Shown here piece by piece: positions 49,501 to 62,760 of a stretch of 64,000 nt of DNA. Position 1 is the stretch's first letter, and the number at the start of each line of letters is the position of its first letter. The notes under the pieces were generated by a model. The model searched no databases and was not told the DNA's origin. It was given only the letters and a program-made list of their open reading frames with translations. Origin of the DNA: Felis catus (lineage: Eukaryota); the NCBI RefSeq assembly GCF_018350175.1, contig NC_058369.1, positions 18,848,001-18,912,000 of the forward strand, given 5' to 3'. The position numbers and the translations under genes are program-made.

Positions 49501-52500
49501 TTCAATAGCCCTATGAGGCAAATTATTACTATCTCCATTCAGGAAGCTGTGGGTCAGAGGCTAAGAGACTGGCTCCTGGCCACATTGTGAGAGAGAGGTG
49601 GGGTCAAGGTGCAAACTGAGGCAGCATAGCTCCTGAGCTTGCCCCTTAACTCTGCCTGCTCTGCTTTGCAAGAGATGGAGAGCAGATGGATTGGGTGCCA
49701 TGGCTTAGCTCCTGGGCTGGGTCAGAGGGGCCAGAGTACACACTTCTTGAGGGACACGCAGTACACAGCCAGCTGCTCCACCGCTGACTGTCCCACACCC
49801 ATGTCTCGGATCATCTCCTCCACCTCGGGCCGCTGGCTCTGGAGTAGGAGCTCAATCCTGAAAAACACCCAACCCACGGCATTTAAAATCTGGAGGCTGA
49901 TGGGTAGGTACCCAGTACAGCTCTGCTTCCCTTTGCTGCTGTTGCTATGGTAACAGCCTGAGCTGCCAGCATGCTCTAGCAGGCGGGTCTATCCAAAGAA
50001 AGGCCCCACAGCAGAGCTGAACACAGCTGTAGGGATGCTGCTGGGGAAGAATGGGTGCTGACAGCTCCTCAAGGTCAGGAATCCGTAGAGAAAGGTTTTT
50101 GGAGCAAAAAACCTGCCAGGTTGTCAGGCCACAGGCAACAGAACAGGGAGGAGTGAGGCAAGGGCCCCCAAGGGAAGCAGAGGTCAAGCAAGGAGACCTG
50201 TGCCTATACCCAGCTGGCCTGAGCCCCATGTGGCCTATGGAGAGATTTGAACCACAGAGGTGACCCAATCCCCCTGTAGTCCTGAGAGTTGTGCCACCTG
50301 GGAGCCACAGGAGCAAGGGCAGAGGGCAGTCCCTAGCTCCAAGCTCACCTCTCCATGGTCTTCATCTTGGTCCTGAGCCGGCGGGCCTCCTCCTGTGCTT
50401 GTTTGGTTTCATCCTGCTGCTGCTCCAAGTACTTCATCTGTTTCTGAAGAGCACACACATCCATACATACCTGTTGCTTGGACAATCCCAGGGACGATGG
50501 CTAAAGTCATCAGGAGAACTGTCTCCTTTTCAAAATACTGATAACCATGTGTCCCCAGCCCCCAGGGAGGAAGGCGCCTGGGCCCCTCTGTTTGTGCTTT
50601 TTCTGCTACGAGGCCTTAGGCCAACGGTTTCCTTAGCTCTCTGCTTGCTTCCTCCTGAGATATATTATCACAGGCACAGCCCACTGCAACCATCTACAGG
50701 CCCATTGTGGGCTGCCAAGGTCCTGTGACTTAAGGGCTCATGGTGCATGTTGTATAGGAAGGTGAAGAAACACAGATCCAGGCCTCGCTATCCACCATCT
50801 AGACCCATGGACAGTTACCAGGATAGAAGAGCCGAGACAGAGGCAGCTGGCCAGGCTGTCCTCAGCACAAACCACTCCATCTCTGACCTGGGAATGCCAT
50901 CAAAGACTCCTGCTGTGCAGCTAGGTACTGATTCACTCCTTCCCTCCCACTGGCCAGGCCATGTGATCCAGCCCAGCCACCAAGCAGGAACAGAGACAAC
51001 GAACACCTGGGGCCCTATCTGTTCACAAAGATGGCTCCCTTTCCCTTACAAATGGCATCCAGCAAGGACTGCTCCTTCCTACGAGGCCAGCATATCAATT
51101 GTGGGTTCAGATCAATCGCCTCATGCCCCTTAGAGAGCAAGAGGCTCACCAACCCAGGCTGATACAAAATTCATCTGGGTCTAGAGCTGCTTGCTCTGCA
51201 GGCTTTGATCTGCCTGGTCAGCTCAGCACAGCCGACTTCAAAGGGCCCCTGCTCCTCCCTGGGATGCTGTTTGATCTGGCTCCAGAGAGCAACCCAGCCA
51301 AGGACTAGAGTGCTAATGGAAGGTTCTTTGGTCTGGCTTCATCAGTGGAGTACAAACCACTTTTGGAAACAAGGTCCAGCCTCACCTAGGTCTTGGCTGA
51401 GCAGCCCCTCCAAGAAGCCCTGGGAAGTCCTCACCTGTCCGAACTACCTAGTACAAAATCCAGAAGTGTAGCCGATATGGCTCTTTGTTTATAGGCTGGA
51501 TGGGCACAATATGGGAGGCCTGGGGGAAAAGGGATTTGCCTCCATTTTACAACTGTATAAATGAAGGTAATGACAAAGGCAGAACCAGAAGATAAGCCCA
51601 GAGTGGTGAGCTCAGGACCAGGCTATATCTTCCAACCAACTTGTGCCCACAGAACCTGGGGACCAACCTTGAGGGTGGAGCATAGCATTTCGGCCTTGTC
51701 TAAAGCCTTCTGCAGAGATTCCACAGTGGCGTTGCGCTCTTCCAAGGTGTCCCGCAGAGTGTCGATGATGACCTGGCTATCCCTTTTCTCCTTCTCTGGA
51801 GTGGGGGGTGGGGGAGGGGAAGGCCCATTCACCCATCAGCATAAGAACCTTAGACCTTAGGTTCCAGCCCCCCACCCCAGAGCCAAGTAAGGAAACGTCT
51901 CAGGTCAGCAATTGGGTGGCCCGCTTCTCTCTCTGGCATGCACCAAACCAGGGAATCTGAGCCAGAGTTTCTTCATTCAGGGGATGAGACCCTCTTTCTG
52001 CTGCTTGGAACTACTTGAGTAAAGATTTCACTGCTCCCCACTCCCATGGGTAGAGTTAATTCATCATCTCAGAACTCAATCAGGTTTCCAGCCAAACCCT
52101 CTCCTACAAATACTCTGTCCCATTAGGTAGCTCCCTCCCGGCCTGGGTCCTGGGCAGGAAGCCTCAGACAAAAAGAAGAAGCTCACCTAATCTAGGTGGA
52201 CAGCTTTAGGCACCTCCTTTTCCTTTCCTTTCCTGCCAATCACAAGACCTGGCAAAACTCTTGGAAATACAAAGCAGGGAGAGCCCCTAGCTTCACCAGA
52301 AGACTGGAGGCCTTCCTCCCAAGGATCTCTCCCTTCAGGACCTGGGTCAGGGACTTCCCAGGGTCACCTATCTCCTACTAACTCACCTTTCTGGGAAAGC
52401 TGGGCTCTGATATTATCCAGTTCATTCTGTAAGGCAATAGCCACAATAAGCAATAGAAAGGCATCATAGCTGGCTTCCACACAGCACCCCAAAAGGCATG

Positions 52501-55500
52501 CAGGGAGATCCAGGAAGGGACAATGAGGTCTGTAGGTCCAGGGAGGCACAGACCCTGCTGTATGTCACAGCCAAGCTAAGCCAACAGTGTAGAGATACAT
52601 CTTGCTTTATCTCTGTACTTTTCTGAAAAGTAGGTGAGGTGGAGAAAAATAATCTCTGGTAGAAGACCCTGGGACAGGGAGAGAGGCAGAAGAGGGGCAA
52701 GAGAAGTGAAGTTGGACCTGTGTGATCAGTCTCACAGCAAAGGATTCCATCATTTCCTTGGCCCTGTGTTGGCCTGGCCCTTCCCCTCTCCAGGCTTCAG
52801 CTGCACTCACCAGGGACACAGAGTTGGGATGCCCAGGGACCTTGGGTCATCACTCCTTCCCTCCACCCTTGCTTCACAATCTACTTCTCTTCAAGCTCTA
52901 AGCTGGCTCTGTATACCATGAATCTCCCAACCCTAATAAGGTAGGTGAGCTGGGACAACTTTGTATCTCTGGATGAAACCTCACATGTGCTAGGCTCTAA
53001 CCAGACTATTCTGAGGGTCAAATGAACCTCTCAAAGCCTGTGCATAAGTTACACAGCCACTGCCATAGAACCACTGAGAGGCTGGGGCAGAACTGAGCCC
53101 AGACTCCATTCAGGAATTCAAAGCACTCAACACCCCCATAGGCAGGAGAAGTACCTACTGCATAAGCAGGAAAACCAGGCTCTGCAGAACTGAAAGGCTT
53201 GGCCAAGGGTTCAGGATGGTAGCTGGATGGAATCCAGGCAAATCTTCCTCCAGATCACCTTTCCCGGGTCAATACAAGACTCAGGATTTTACATGTGACC
53301 AATACTAAAGCCCAGCCCCAGTGGGTGGATAAGCCCCCTAGTGTCAAAATCCCCACCCAGGACTCTGGGGCAAAAGCTTTTGGTAGCTGGACTGGTCACT
53401 GTGGGAAGAACATCCTAGAGTGCAAGTGGTGGGTAGAGAAAGGCATGCACGGGCTGCAGAGGACAGACACCAACCCAAAGCTCCCCCAAGTCCCCTGGTT
53501 TTTTTTTTTTTTTTTTTTTAATACCTGGCAGGGTACCTTCCAAGCCCTTGCTCCAAACTACTCAAGACATTGCCTCTCCCTCTCCTAGATCTGGCTTTGA
53601 AAGCCAGAAAGAAACGAAGCTGCCTTTGTTGTCTTTATCACAGGGAGGATGCGGCTTAAAACCCGGAGCAGTTACCATGACAATGAACATGTTGGCTTTA
53701 AGCACAAAAGCTCTACCTTCTTGAAGCAGTAAGGTTCCAAGGACATCATGGTATCCACCCCCCTCCCCACCCCGGCCCAAAGCCAAATGAACCCAGGACT
53801 GACAGATGCCCAGCAAGTTAACCCTCAGAGTCCAGGTTCATTGTGAACCCCAATCCCACTTTCTTGAGAGGTTTCTACCAATCTAGCCCTCTGGTACACA
53901 AAGAAAGCTAAATCTTGGACTTGGGGGAATAAGTGTAGGAGGGAATCCACCCATTCTCCCCAGCAGTGTGGGCTCACATCCTGATTCCAGAGGTTCTGCC
54001 CTCTATTCCTGATCTGAGACTCAGTCACCTGGATATACACCAAGCTTTCTCACAGTTTTGAGGCACAGCCATGTTTGTGAATAGTGGGTCCACACATCTT
54101 CTCTGTGTGGACTAGAAGAGTTTTCTAATCTGTCCAAGCAGCAAAGTGGGCTGGGAAGGATGGCTGTAGAACCTCTGCAAGGTGAGAGAAACTCAGGAGA
54201 GATATTTTGGCCTTTGTTGGGAATTACTCTAAAATCCCAAAGGGAAGGTTCACAGTCAAGAGGCTCCCTTCCTTCAGGGGCGCCTGGGTGGCTTAATTGG
54301 TTAAGTGTCTGACTTCGGCTCAGGTCATGATCTCACAGTTTGTGAGTTCAAGCCCTGCGTCAGGCTCTGTGCTGACAGCTCAGAGCCTAGAGCTTGCTTC
54401 AGATGCTGTGTCTCCCACTCTCTCCCCTTCTCCACTCACTCTCTGTCTCGCAAAAATGAATAAACGTTAAAAAAAAATATTTTTTTTTTTTAAAGAAAAC
54501 AGGCTTCCTTCTTCCCTAACAGTGTATTTCTCCAATGACTGGGTCTTATCATCACTTCTCCTCTGCTCTCCTCCCCTCTGCCTTGAAACCTCTACAAAAT
54601 CTCCCTCCAGACTCCATTGTGACACTCTAGGTACCCACCCTGGGTGGGAGCAGAAAGTAAATTCTCAAGGGGCTTGGAGTTCAGTAGAATGACATAAATC
54701 CCAAGTACCTTTAAGAATTCTGCATCTAAGACACTCTCCTCCTCTTGGGCAAGGTCAAAGAAGAGCTTATTGATAATGGTTCTTTTGCCAACCTGGATGG
54801 AAGGACAAGATAGAGTATGAGTATATAGCTGGGTCACGTGCAAGGACAGGGATATACATGCAACCTAACGTACAGCCAGGCCTATTCTCAGGCCCAACTT
54901 TTCATAACACTTCCCTTGGAATCAGATGAACTCTGTAACCCTATAGTTTCCTTAAGCTGGCGCCACCACTTTGGTGGTTACTAAAGTCATGTCACCACAA
55001 ACCCATGTGGTAACTACTCAAAAGATACCCCAGCTCTAAGTGCTTTGAGGAAATGGGGAAAGGTAGAGAAGGAGGCCAGATTTACCTAGGTGAAGACTAG
55101 CCCAGGCAATAAGTCCACCTGCTAGTTACATAGGCATAAGCAGGCCTCCTGAGCCACTCAAAAGCACAAGTAAGGTTTGATCAGCCTCAAACCATGAGGG
55201 TCCAAAAAGGTCAAAGACATTGCTCAGTTTCAGAGATCTTTCCTTATTTCTGCTTCCTGGCAAGTAAAAGATATCTTCAGCTGAAGTGTTTTCACCCCAC
55301 CACCCTCACCTGGATTCGGCACTGTGGGCAGGTCCGACTTGGTGCTGTCTCAAACCACTGAATTAGGCTGGAATGAGAAGCAGAAAAGCAGACTGGTGAG
55401 CCTTTGCTTGGGTAGAGACACATAGAGCAGGTAGCCACCCCAACCACAACAGGGTCTGACTTGTTCTTTCTTGACCCAGAGCCTGCCCACATAGGAGGGC

Positions 55501-58500
55501 AGTTACCACAGGTGGTACAGCACATCCCATAAGGCCTGACTGGGACAAGCACTCTGGGACAAGTCCTTTTTTTTGGCCCTGTTGGTGTGGCCCTCCTTAC
55601 CCCTCAGCTGCTCTTTTGTCAACATTCTAGGCTTGGACTAAAGAGCAGCAGTCAAAGCACAGGATCCCTCAGAGATAGGGATTCTAATAACACACCCACT
55701 TTAAGCTAGGATTCCCAAGGGCTACACTTTCAGAGTAAGGGTAAACTAGAAGTAAATGCAAGTAGTGCTAAAAGTAAAATACTGTCCAGCTTTGCATCGT
55801 CTATCTGAGTGGTCCAACAAAACCTCAAGCCGTAAACTTTAATTAGTCTCCTACTAGTAGACTCTCCCACCAGGGAACAGGGAGAAACAGAGGTCTTTCT
55901 GTTTCTGGGATACCATCATCCCAGGCCTCAAAGTTTTTCTACAAATAATTTTTCATAGGGGTGTCTGGGTGGCTCAGTTGGTTGAGCATCTGACTCTTGA
56001 CTTCGGCTCAGGTCATGATCCCAGGGTCATGGGATCGAGCCCCATGTCAGGTTCCATGCTGAATGTGGAGCCCGCTTAAGATTCTCTCTCTCTGCCCCTC
56101 TCCCCTGCTCGTTCACTCTCTCTTAAAAAAAAAAAAATTCATATGCTATGTACAAGATATAATCAAAGCTAGCCATGCGCAATGGAATACTATATGGCAA
56201 AGAATGAGTCTACAACTAAGAACAATATTACAGATGAATCACATATACATAACATTGAGGAAGACAAACCAGATACAAAAAAGGTATACTGCATATGACT
56301 CCATTTACATAAAGTAAATGTTTTAGTTTTCTTAAAGTAAAGTCATACAAGGAAAAGAGCATTACAAGTGCAAACCAGAACATATCCAGCAAGACTTCAG
56401 ATATGGGAATTGTCACATACAGCATAACACATTATACTAAAGAAATAAAAATCAAAACTGAAAATATCATTAGAGGAGTACCTGTCTGGCTCAGTCAGTA
56501 GAGCATGTGATTCTTGATCTTAGGGTTGTGAGTTAGAGCCCCATGTTGGGGGTAGAGTTTACTTTAAAAAAGGAAAAAAAAAGGGGGTGCCTTGGTGGCT
56601 CAGTCAGTTAAGCATCCAACTTTGGCTCAGGGCATGATCTCATGGTTCATGAGTTTGAGCCCCACGTTAGGCTCTGTGCTTACAGCTCAGAGCCTGGAGC
56701 CTGCTTCAGATTCTGTGTTTCCCTCTCTCTCTGCCCCTCCCCTGCTTGCGCTCTCTCTGTCTCTCAAAAATAAATAAACATTAAGAAAAGAAAAAAAAGA
56801 AAAAAACAGGGCACCTGGCTTAGTTGGTTAAGTGCCTGACTATTGATTTCAGCTCAGGTCATGATCTCACAGTTCATGGGTTCGAGCCCCATATTGGGCT
56901 CTTCGCTGACAGTGTGGAGCCTGTTTGGGATTCTCCCTCTCCTCCTCTCTTTCTGCCCCTCTCCCATTTATACATGCTCTCTCTCTCTCTCTCTCCCAAG
57001 AATAAATAAATTAAAAATCAATCAGTCAATCTATCAATCAATGGGAAACAAAGAAAATATCAGTAGAGAACTACAAAATAAAAGGTGACATGGCAGAATT
57101 TAATAAGAACCAAAGAAATTCTAAAACAAAAAGGTGGCCAAAATCAATAATTAAATGGATCAGTTTAATGGCAGTTTAGGCATAGTTGAAGAGTTAGTAA
57201 AACAAAAAGATAGGTTAGAGAAAACATTGAGAATTAAAAAGATGGAAAAATGGGGGTGCCAAGCTGGTTCAGTCAGTAGAGTGTGCAACTCTTGATCCCA
57301 GGGTCATGAGTTCAAGCTCCATGTTGAGCATGGAGCCTCAAGATAGAAAAATATATAAGAGATTATAAAAGATATAGAAGATATTGTGAGAAGATCTAGC
57401 ATACATATGATAAGGAGCTTCAAAAAGAAAGTATTAGGTAGAATTATGCCTTTTCCCCAAGAAGTCTATGTCCTAATTTCTCAAACCTGTGAATATGTTA
57501 CCATACATGACAAGAGTAATTTTACAGATGTGATTAAGGATCTTGAGATGGGGAGATTATCCAGGTGTGCCCCCATGTAATCACAAGAGTCCTTAAGTTA
57601 AGTGTCAGAGTCATACAGAGAGATTTGAAGATGTAACCCTGCTGGCTTTGAAGATGGGGAGAACAGGGCCATAAGCCAAGAAAGGTATATTCCCACACTG
57701 ACTATAACCCAGTAAACCCATTTTGGACTTCTGACCCCTGGAACTACAACATAATAAATTTGTGCTGTTTTAAACCACTAAGTTAGTAGTAATTTGTTAT
57801 AACAGAAATAAGAAACTAATATGAAAAAAAAAAAAAGATAATGGGATAGAAGCAATACATGAAGATAATAATAATGGCTGATAACTTTCCAAAATTGAAG
57901 AAACCATTCCATAAGTTAAAGAAATATAATGAATCCCAAGCAGGATAAGTAAAAATGGTAACAAAAAGAGAGCTGAAGTGGCTATGTTACTGTAAGGCAA
58001 AATAGACTTTATATCAAAAAAAGTTACACAGGTCACGATCTCACGGTTCATGGGTTCGAGCCCTGAATTGGGCTCTGTGCTCACAGCTCAGAGCCTGGAG
58101 CCTGTTTCAGATTCTGCGTCTCCCTCTCTCTCTGCCCCTTCCCGACTTGCGCTCTGTCTCCCTCTGTCTCAAAAATGAATAAACATTAAAAAAAAATTTT
58201 TTTTAAGTTACAAAAAACAAAAACAAAAATAAATTAATTAATTAAAAGGGGCACCTGGGTGGCTCAGCTCGTTAAGCCTCCAACTCTTGATTGCAGCTCC
58301 AGTCATGATATCACGGTTCGTGAGACAAAGCCCCGTGTTGGTCTCGGTACTGGCAGTGCAGAGGCTGCTTGGGATTCTCTCTCTCCCACTCTCTCTGCCC
58401 TCCCTTCTCTCAAAATAAATGATCTCTCTTTCCCCCTGCCTCTGCCCTTCTCCCCTGCTCCCATATTCATTCTCTCTGTCTCTCTCTCTCTTTCAAAAAT

Positions 58501-61500
58501 AAATAAATAAATAATAAACATATATGAACCTAACAACAAAGACCAAAAATATAGGAAAGAAAACTGGACAGAATTAAAGAGAACAATAGACAGTTCTACA
58601 ATAAAACTTGGGGAGGTCAATACCCCACACCTTTAATAATGGGTAGGACAATCAGATAATCAATANNNNNNNNNNNNNNNNNNNNNNNNNNNNNNNNNNN
58701 NNNNNNNNNNNNNNNNNNNNNNNNNNNNNNNNNNNNNNNNNNNNNNNNNNNNNNNNNNNNNNNNNNNNNNNNNNNNNNNNNNNNNNNNNNNNNNNNNNNN
58801 NNNNNNNNNNNNNNNNNNNNNNNNNAAAGGTTGAAATTACACAAAGTATCTTTTCTGATCACAATGGAACAAAACTGAAAATAAGTAACAGGAAAAAAAA
58901 TNNNNNNNNNNNNNNNNNNNNNNNNNNNNNNNNNNNNNNNNNNNNNNNNNNNNNNNNNNNNNNNNNNNNNNNNNNNNNNNNNNNNNNNNNNNNNNNNNNN
59001 NNNNNNNNNNNNNNNNNNNNNNNNNNNNNNNNNNNNNNNNNNNNNNNNNCATACTAAGAGGGAAGAGACAGCTGTAAACACACACACTAAACAAAACAAA
59101 ACAAAAACAAACAAACAAAAAACACACCCATTAGGATAACTATTATGAAAAACAAAACAAAAACAGAAAATACAAGAGTTGACCAGGATGTGGAGAAATA
59201 GGGCCCTTGCGCATTGTTGGTGGGAATGTAAAATGGTGCAGTTGATGTGGAAAACAGTAAAGCAGTTTCTCAAAAAATTAAACACAGAATTACCATTTGA
59301 TCCAGCTATTCCACCTCTGGGTTTAGCCCAAAATAAATGAAAGCAGGGACTCGAACAGATACTTCTACACTAATTCATAGTAGCGTTACTCATACTAGCC
59401 AAAACATGTAAACAACCCAAGGTCCATTAACAGATGAAGAGAAAAACAAAATGTGGTATTTCCATATAATTGAATATTATTTGGTCATAAAAGGAATGAA
59501 ATTCTGATGCATGCTACAACATGGATTAACCTTAAAAACATTATGCTTGGTGAAGTAAGCAAAACTCAAAAGAACAAATATTGTATGATTCCACTTATAT
59601 GAGGTACCTAGAATAGGAAAATTCAAGGAAACAGTGTAAAGGGGCACTTGGGTGGCTCAGCTGGTTAAGCTTCTGACTTGATATCAATTCAGGTCATGAT
59701 CTCATGGTTCATAAGATGGAGCCCCACATGGGGCTCTGTGCTGACAGTATAGAGCCTGCTTGGGATTCTTGCTTGCTCTCTCTCTCTCTCTCTCTCTCTC
59801 TGCCCTCCCCCACTTGCTCTCTCTATCCCTAAATAAATAAACAAACAAATAAATAAACTAAAAAAAAAAAAAAAAAAAAAAAAAGAGAGAGACAAAGGGT
59901 GAAATAGAAGTTTCCAGGAGCTGTGGGGAGCAGGGAATGGAGAATTGTTGTTTAATTGGTACAGTGTTTCTGTTTGGAATGATGGGAAAGTTCTGGAAAT
60001 AGAAAGTGGTAATGGTTACACAGCATTGTGAATGTATTTAATATCAGTGAACTGTACGCTTAAAAATGGTTAAAATGGAAGGCATCTTTGAGCTTACCAA
60101 TTAAACATCATGAGCAAAGCTCACCCTCCCAAATTAAAAAAAGAATTATGGACAAGAAGTTATCATTGAAATGGGGCGCCTGGGTGGCGCAGTCGGTTAA
60201 GGGTCCGACTTCAGCCAGGTCACGATCTCGCGGTCCGTGAGTTCGAGCCCCGTGTCAGGCTCTGGGCTGATGGCTCAGAGCCTGGAGCCTGTTTCCGATT
60301 CTGTGTCTCCCTCTCTCTCTGCCCCTCCCCCGTTCATGCTCTATCTCTCTCTGTCCCAAAAATAAATAAACGTTGAAATTAAATGGTGGCAGATATGTCC
60401 AAGGAATGCTGCAGGGATTTGATCCCTATAAGAATCTTGTAATAGATAAATGTGTGCAGATGATAACTAGCAGGCAACAGAACAATACTGGAATGGTGGT
60501 AATAGGAGGGAACAGTATAATCATATTAGAAGTCTTGGAACGAGTATAAACAAAGGCTGTGTTCACCAGAGAAATCAACTGCTTCCACTTGTCCCCTCTC
60601 CAAAGGGTCCATTTTACTATAATAGAAAAACTGGGTCATGTACATTTTCATATTGAAATTCTTTGTTAAATAAACTTTTGCGATAGTCAAAAACAGTTGA
60701 CATGGCAAATCTTATGTGATGTATAATTTACCACAATTAAAAAAAAAAGAAGGTTTTACACTAGCCAAGGTATGGAAGCAACCCAAGTGTCCACTGATAG
60801 ATACACAAAGAAGGCATAGCATACCTGTGCACACGTGCACATGCACACACACGTGCACAGGCGCACNNNNNNNNNNNNNNNNNNNNNNNNNNNNNNNNNN
60901 NNNNNNNNNNNNNNNNNNNNNNNNNNNNNNNNNNNNNNNNNNNNNNNNNNNNNNNNNNNNNNNNNNNNNNNNNNNNNNNNNNNNNNNNNNNNNNNNNNNN
61001 NNNNNNNNNNNNNNNNNNNNNNNNNNNNNGGAACAAACTGGTGGTTGCCAGAGGTAAGGTGGGCAGGGGGATGGGTGAAATAAAGGGAATTAAGAGGTAC
61101 AAATTTCCAGTCATAAGATAAATAAGGCATGGAAAAGTACAACATAGGAAATATGCTCAGTAATAACTGTTGTATGGTGAAAGATGGTTACTACGATTAT
61201 CGTGGTAAGCATCAAGTAATGTATACAACTATTGGATCCAAATGTTGTACACCCGAAACTAATATAATATAGTATGTCAATTATATTTCAATTTTTAAAT
61301 AGGAGCTCTGAACCAGCCAGTTCACAGCTGCTGGAGGAATCTTTCCTCACCAGCTGTACATTCAACAGAACGGTCCTATAGGGACAGCAGGACTTGACCA
61401 GGCAGCACCTCCTTGCCCTTCCATGTTAACTTGGGTTACCTGGCATCAATGAATACTCTGGAGTGTCTGACCAAGGAGATGACTCTGGATAGAATCATCC

Positions 61501-62214
61501 CAAACCATCAAGCAAACCATAACAAATAGGATAGCCAGAGGCCTACCAGGTTATCTCAAACAAATAAAAGGGCTCATTAATTTGGCAAAAGTTGGGCACC
61601 TAGGTTACTCAGTTAGTGAAGTGTCCCACTCTTGATTTCCGCTCAGGTCATGACCTCACGGTTCAGGAGATAAAGCCCAGCACCCAGCTCTGTGCTGACA
61701 GCGTATAGTCGGCTTGGGATTCTCTCTCTACTACCCCTCTCCTGCTTGCTTTCTCTCTCTCAAAATAAATAAATATATTAAAAAATTTTTAATCTTTTTT
61801 TTTTTTAATAAAAAAACAGCAAAAATTCACCTCCGACCAGATTAATAGTTTTGAGGTCACATCACTTTGCAAGCTGACCAAGAAATCCTCTACTCTATCC
61901 GCACTGAGCCAACTCTGTTACCCTGGACTCAGCTCAGTTGTTACCTCCTCTGGGAAGCCTGCCCTGACCTGCCTCTGCCCAGGTGGGGAATCTACCTTGG
62001 GGCTCCATCTAGTTCCGTCTTAATCACCTGTTTGGGCTCCGCCCAGAGACCCGACACCCTACAGTACTGTAGCCATACTAAGCCGAGCGCCCAGCCCCGA
62101 CACAGCAGTCACTCACCACTGTAGGTGGAAGGTATGGCCGCAGTGGATGGCGGCCACATCTCGGGAGTGGTCGAAGAAGTCGGAGCAGATGGTGCACAGC
62201 GCACGGATAGGCAT
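40536..62214 (-). CDS. TRAIP: E3 ubiquitin ligase TRAIP (RNF206), 15 exons, 469 aa
   Basis: Exons 5'->3': 62214-62117, 55367-55310, 54792-54709, 52426-52387, 51795-51668, 50443-50349, 49857-49744, 48754-48667, 48044-47955, 47557-47469, 43515-43360, 41513-41465, 41186-41037, 40916-40866, 40655-40536 (1410 nt, open). N-terminal [36 protein letters not shown], coiled coils, C-terminal PIP box QAKLDTFLW. Confidence 0.96.
40656..40865 (-). other. U12-type (minor spliceosome) GT-AG intron, TRAIP intron 14
   Basis: 5' splice site GTATCCTT. Branch site TTCCTTGAC (40667-40675) lies 11 nt upstream of the intron 3' end. Confidence 0.9.
44018..44820 (+). mobile_element. Three tandem Can-SINEs in TRAIP intron 10
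   Basis: Heads at ~44018, ~44361 and ~44571. Confidence 0.85.
49246..49470 (+). mobile_element. Young SINEC_Fc-like element
   Basis: Near-consensus and CpG-rich; TSD agaaataacacttata on both sides. Confidence 0.92.
54277..54495 (+). mobile_element. Can-SINE
   Basis: Consensus SINE sequence. Confidence 0.88.
57432..57820 (+). mobile_element. MLT1-type (MaLR) solo LTR
   Basis: MLT1 hallmarks: aaacctgtgaatatgttacc, gatgtgattaaggatcttgagatggggagattatcc, ataaatttgtgctgttttaaaccactaagt. Confidence 0.8.
60079..60693 (+). pseudogene. Processed pseudogene of SNRPG (Sm protein G), frameshifted and interrupted by a SINE
   Basis: ATG at 60110 gives [11 protein letters not shown], a +2 frameshift, [12 protein letters not shown] 60173-~60375, then [56 protein letters not shown] (TAA 60547-60549). 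Intronless, AATAAA at 60669-60674, short A remnant, degenerate target-site duplication. Confidence 0.92.
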
Positions 62215-62760
62215 GATGATTGGTCCTAAGGGGGTCAGGCAGCCAAGGAAACCTCGACGGGTCCAGCTTTGCGACCGCGCCCCCACCCCCGTCCCCGCCT
62301 CTCCGCAGGCTTCAAATTTGGCTCCACTGCGGGACTTCCGGGAGTGGACCGGAAGTGGTGGCAGCAACGTAGAGGCGGAGCCTGAAGGCTGCGTCCCGAT
62401 TGGACGAACCATAGGGGGCAGGGCTTAACGGCCGTAGAGAATCCTGGGGCTGAGCGCGAACCTGGGTCTGTCAGCGATAACTATCTAGTGGTTCCCTTAA
62501 GGATTTGGCAGGTAGCGGCAGCAGCCACGCCGCCAGCCGTTCCCCTTTCTGGAGGAAGACCCGGCATTATGCTCCTAAGCCAGATCTGGTGCCAGGAACG
62601 CCGGGCACGGCGCTATTCTCTCAGGGCAGCCTTCTCTGCATTTCGGGAGTGTGGACAAGACCGAAGCTGTAGGGGAATGGGACGATGGAGAGCAGTCCCC
62701 TGGGCTCTGGGCAGTGCTCAGCCGTACACCGGAAGCCCGTAGTTCCCGCCCTCTCAGTCC
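62090..62760. promoter_or_regulatory. TRAIP CpG-island promoter with CHR, two ETS/GABP sites and CCAAT
   Basis: TTTGAA (CHR, minus) 62311-62316; ACTTCCGG 62334-62341 and CCGGAAGT 62349-62356; ATTGG 62399-62403. Confidence 0.8.

Larger units (their letters stand above)
55957..61800 (+). mobile_element. Repeat-dense TRAIP intron 1: L1 fragments and about 10 Can-SINEs, all on +
   Basis: SINEs near 55957, 56474, 56582, 56808, 57252, 58029, 58247, 59641, 60173 and 61593. L1 ORF2 and 3' UTR motifs at 56160-56320, 57000-58900 and 59130-61290. Confidence 0.75.

Noticed and set aside
58617-59285. ORFs containing long X runs
   Set aside because: Artefacts of translating through N gaps in L1/SINE sequence.
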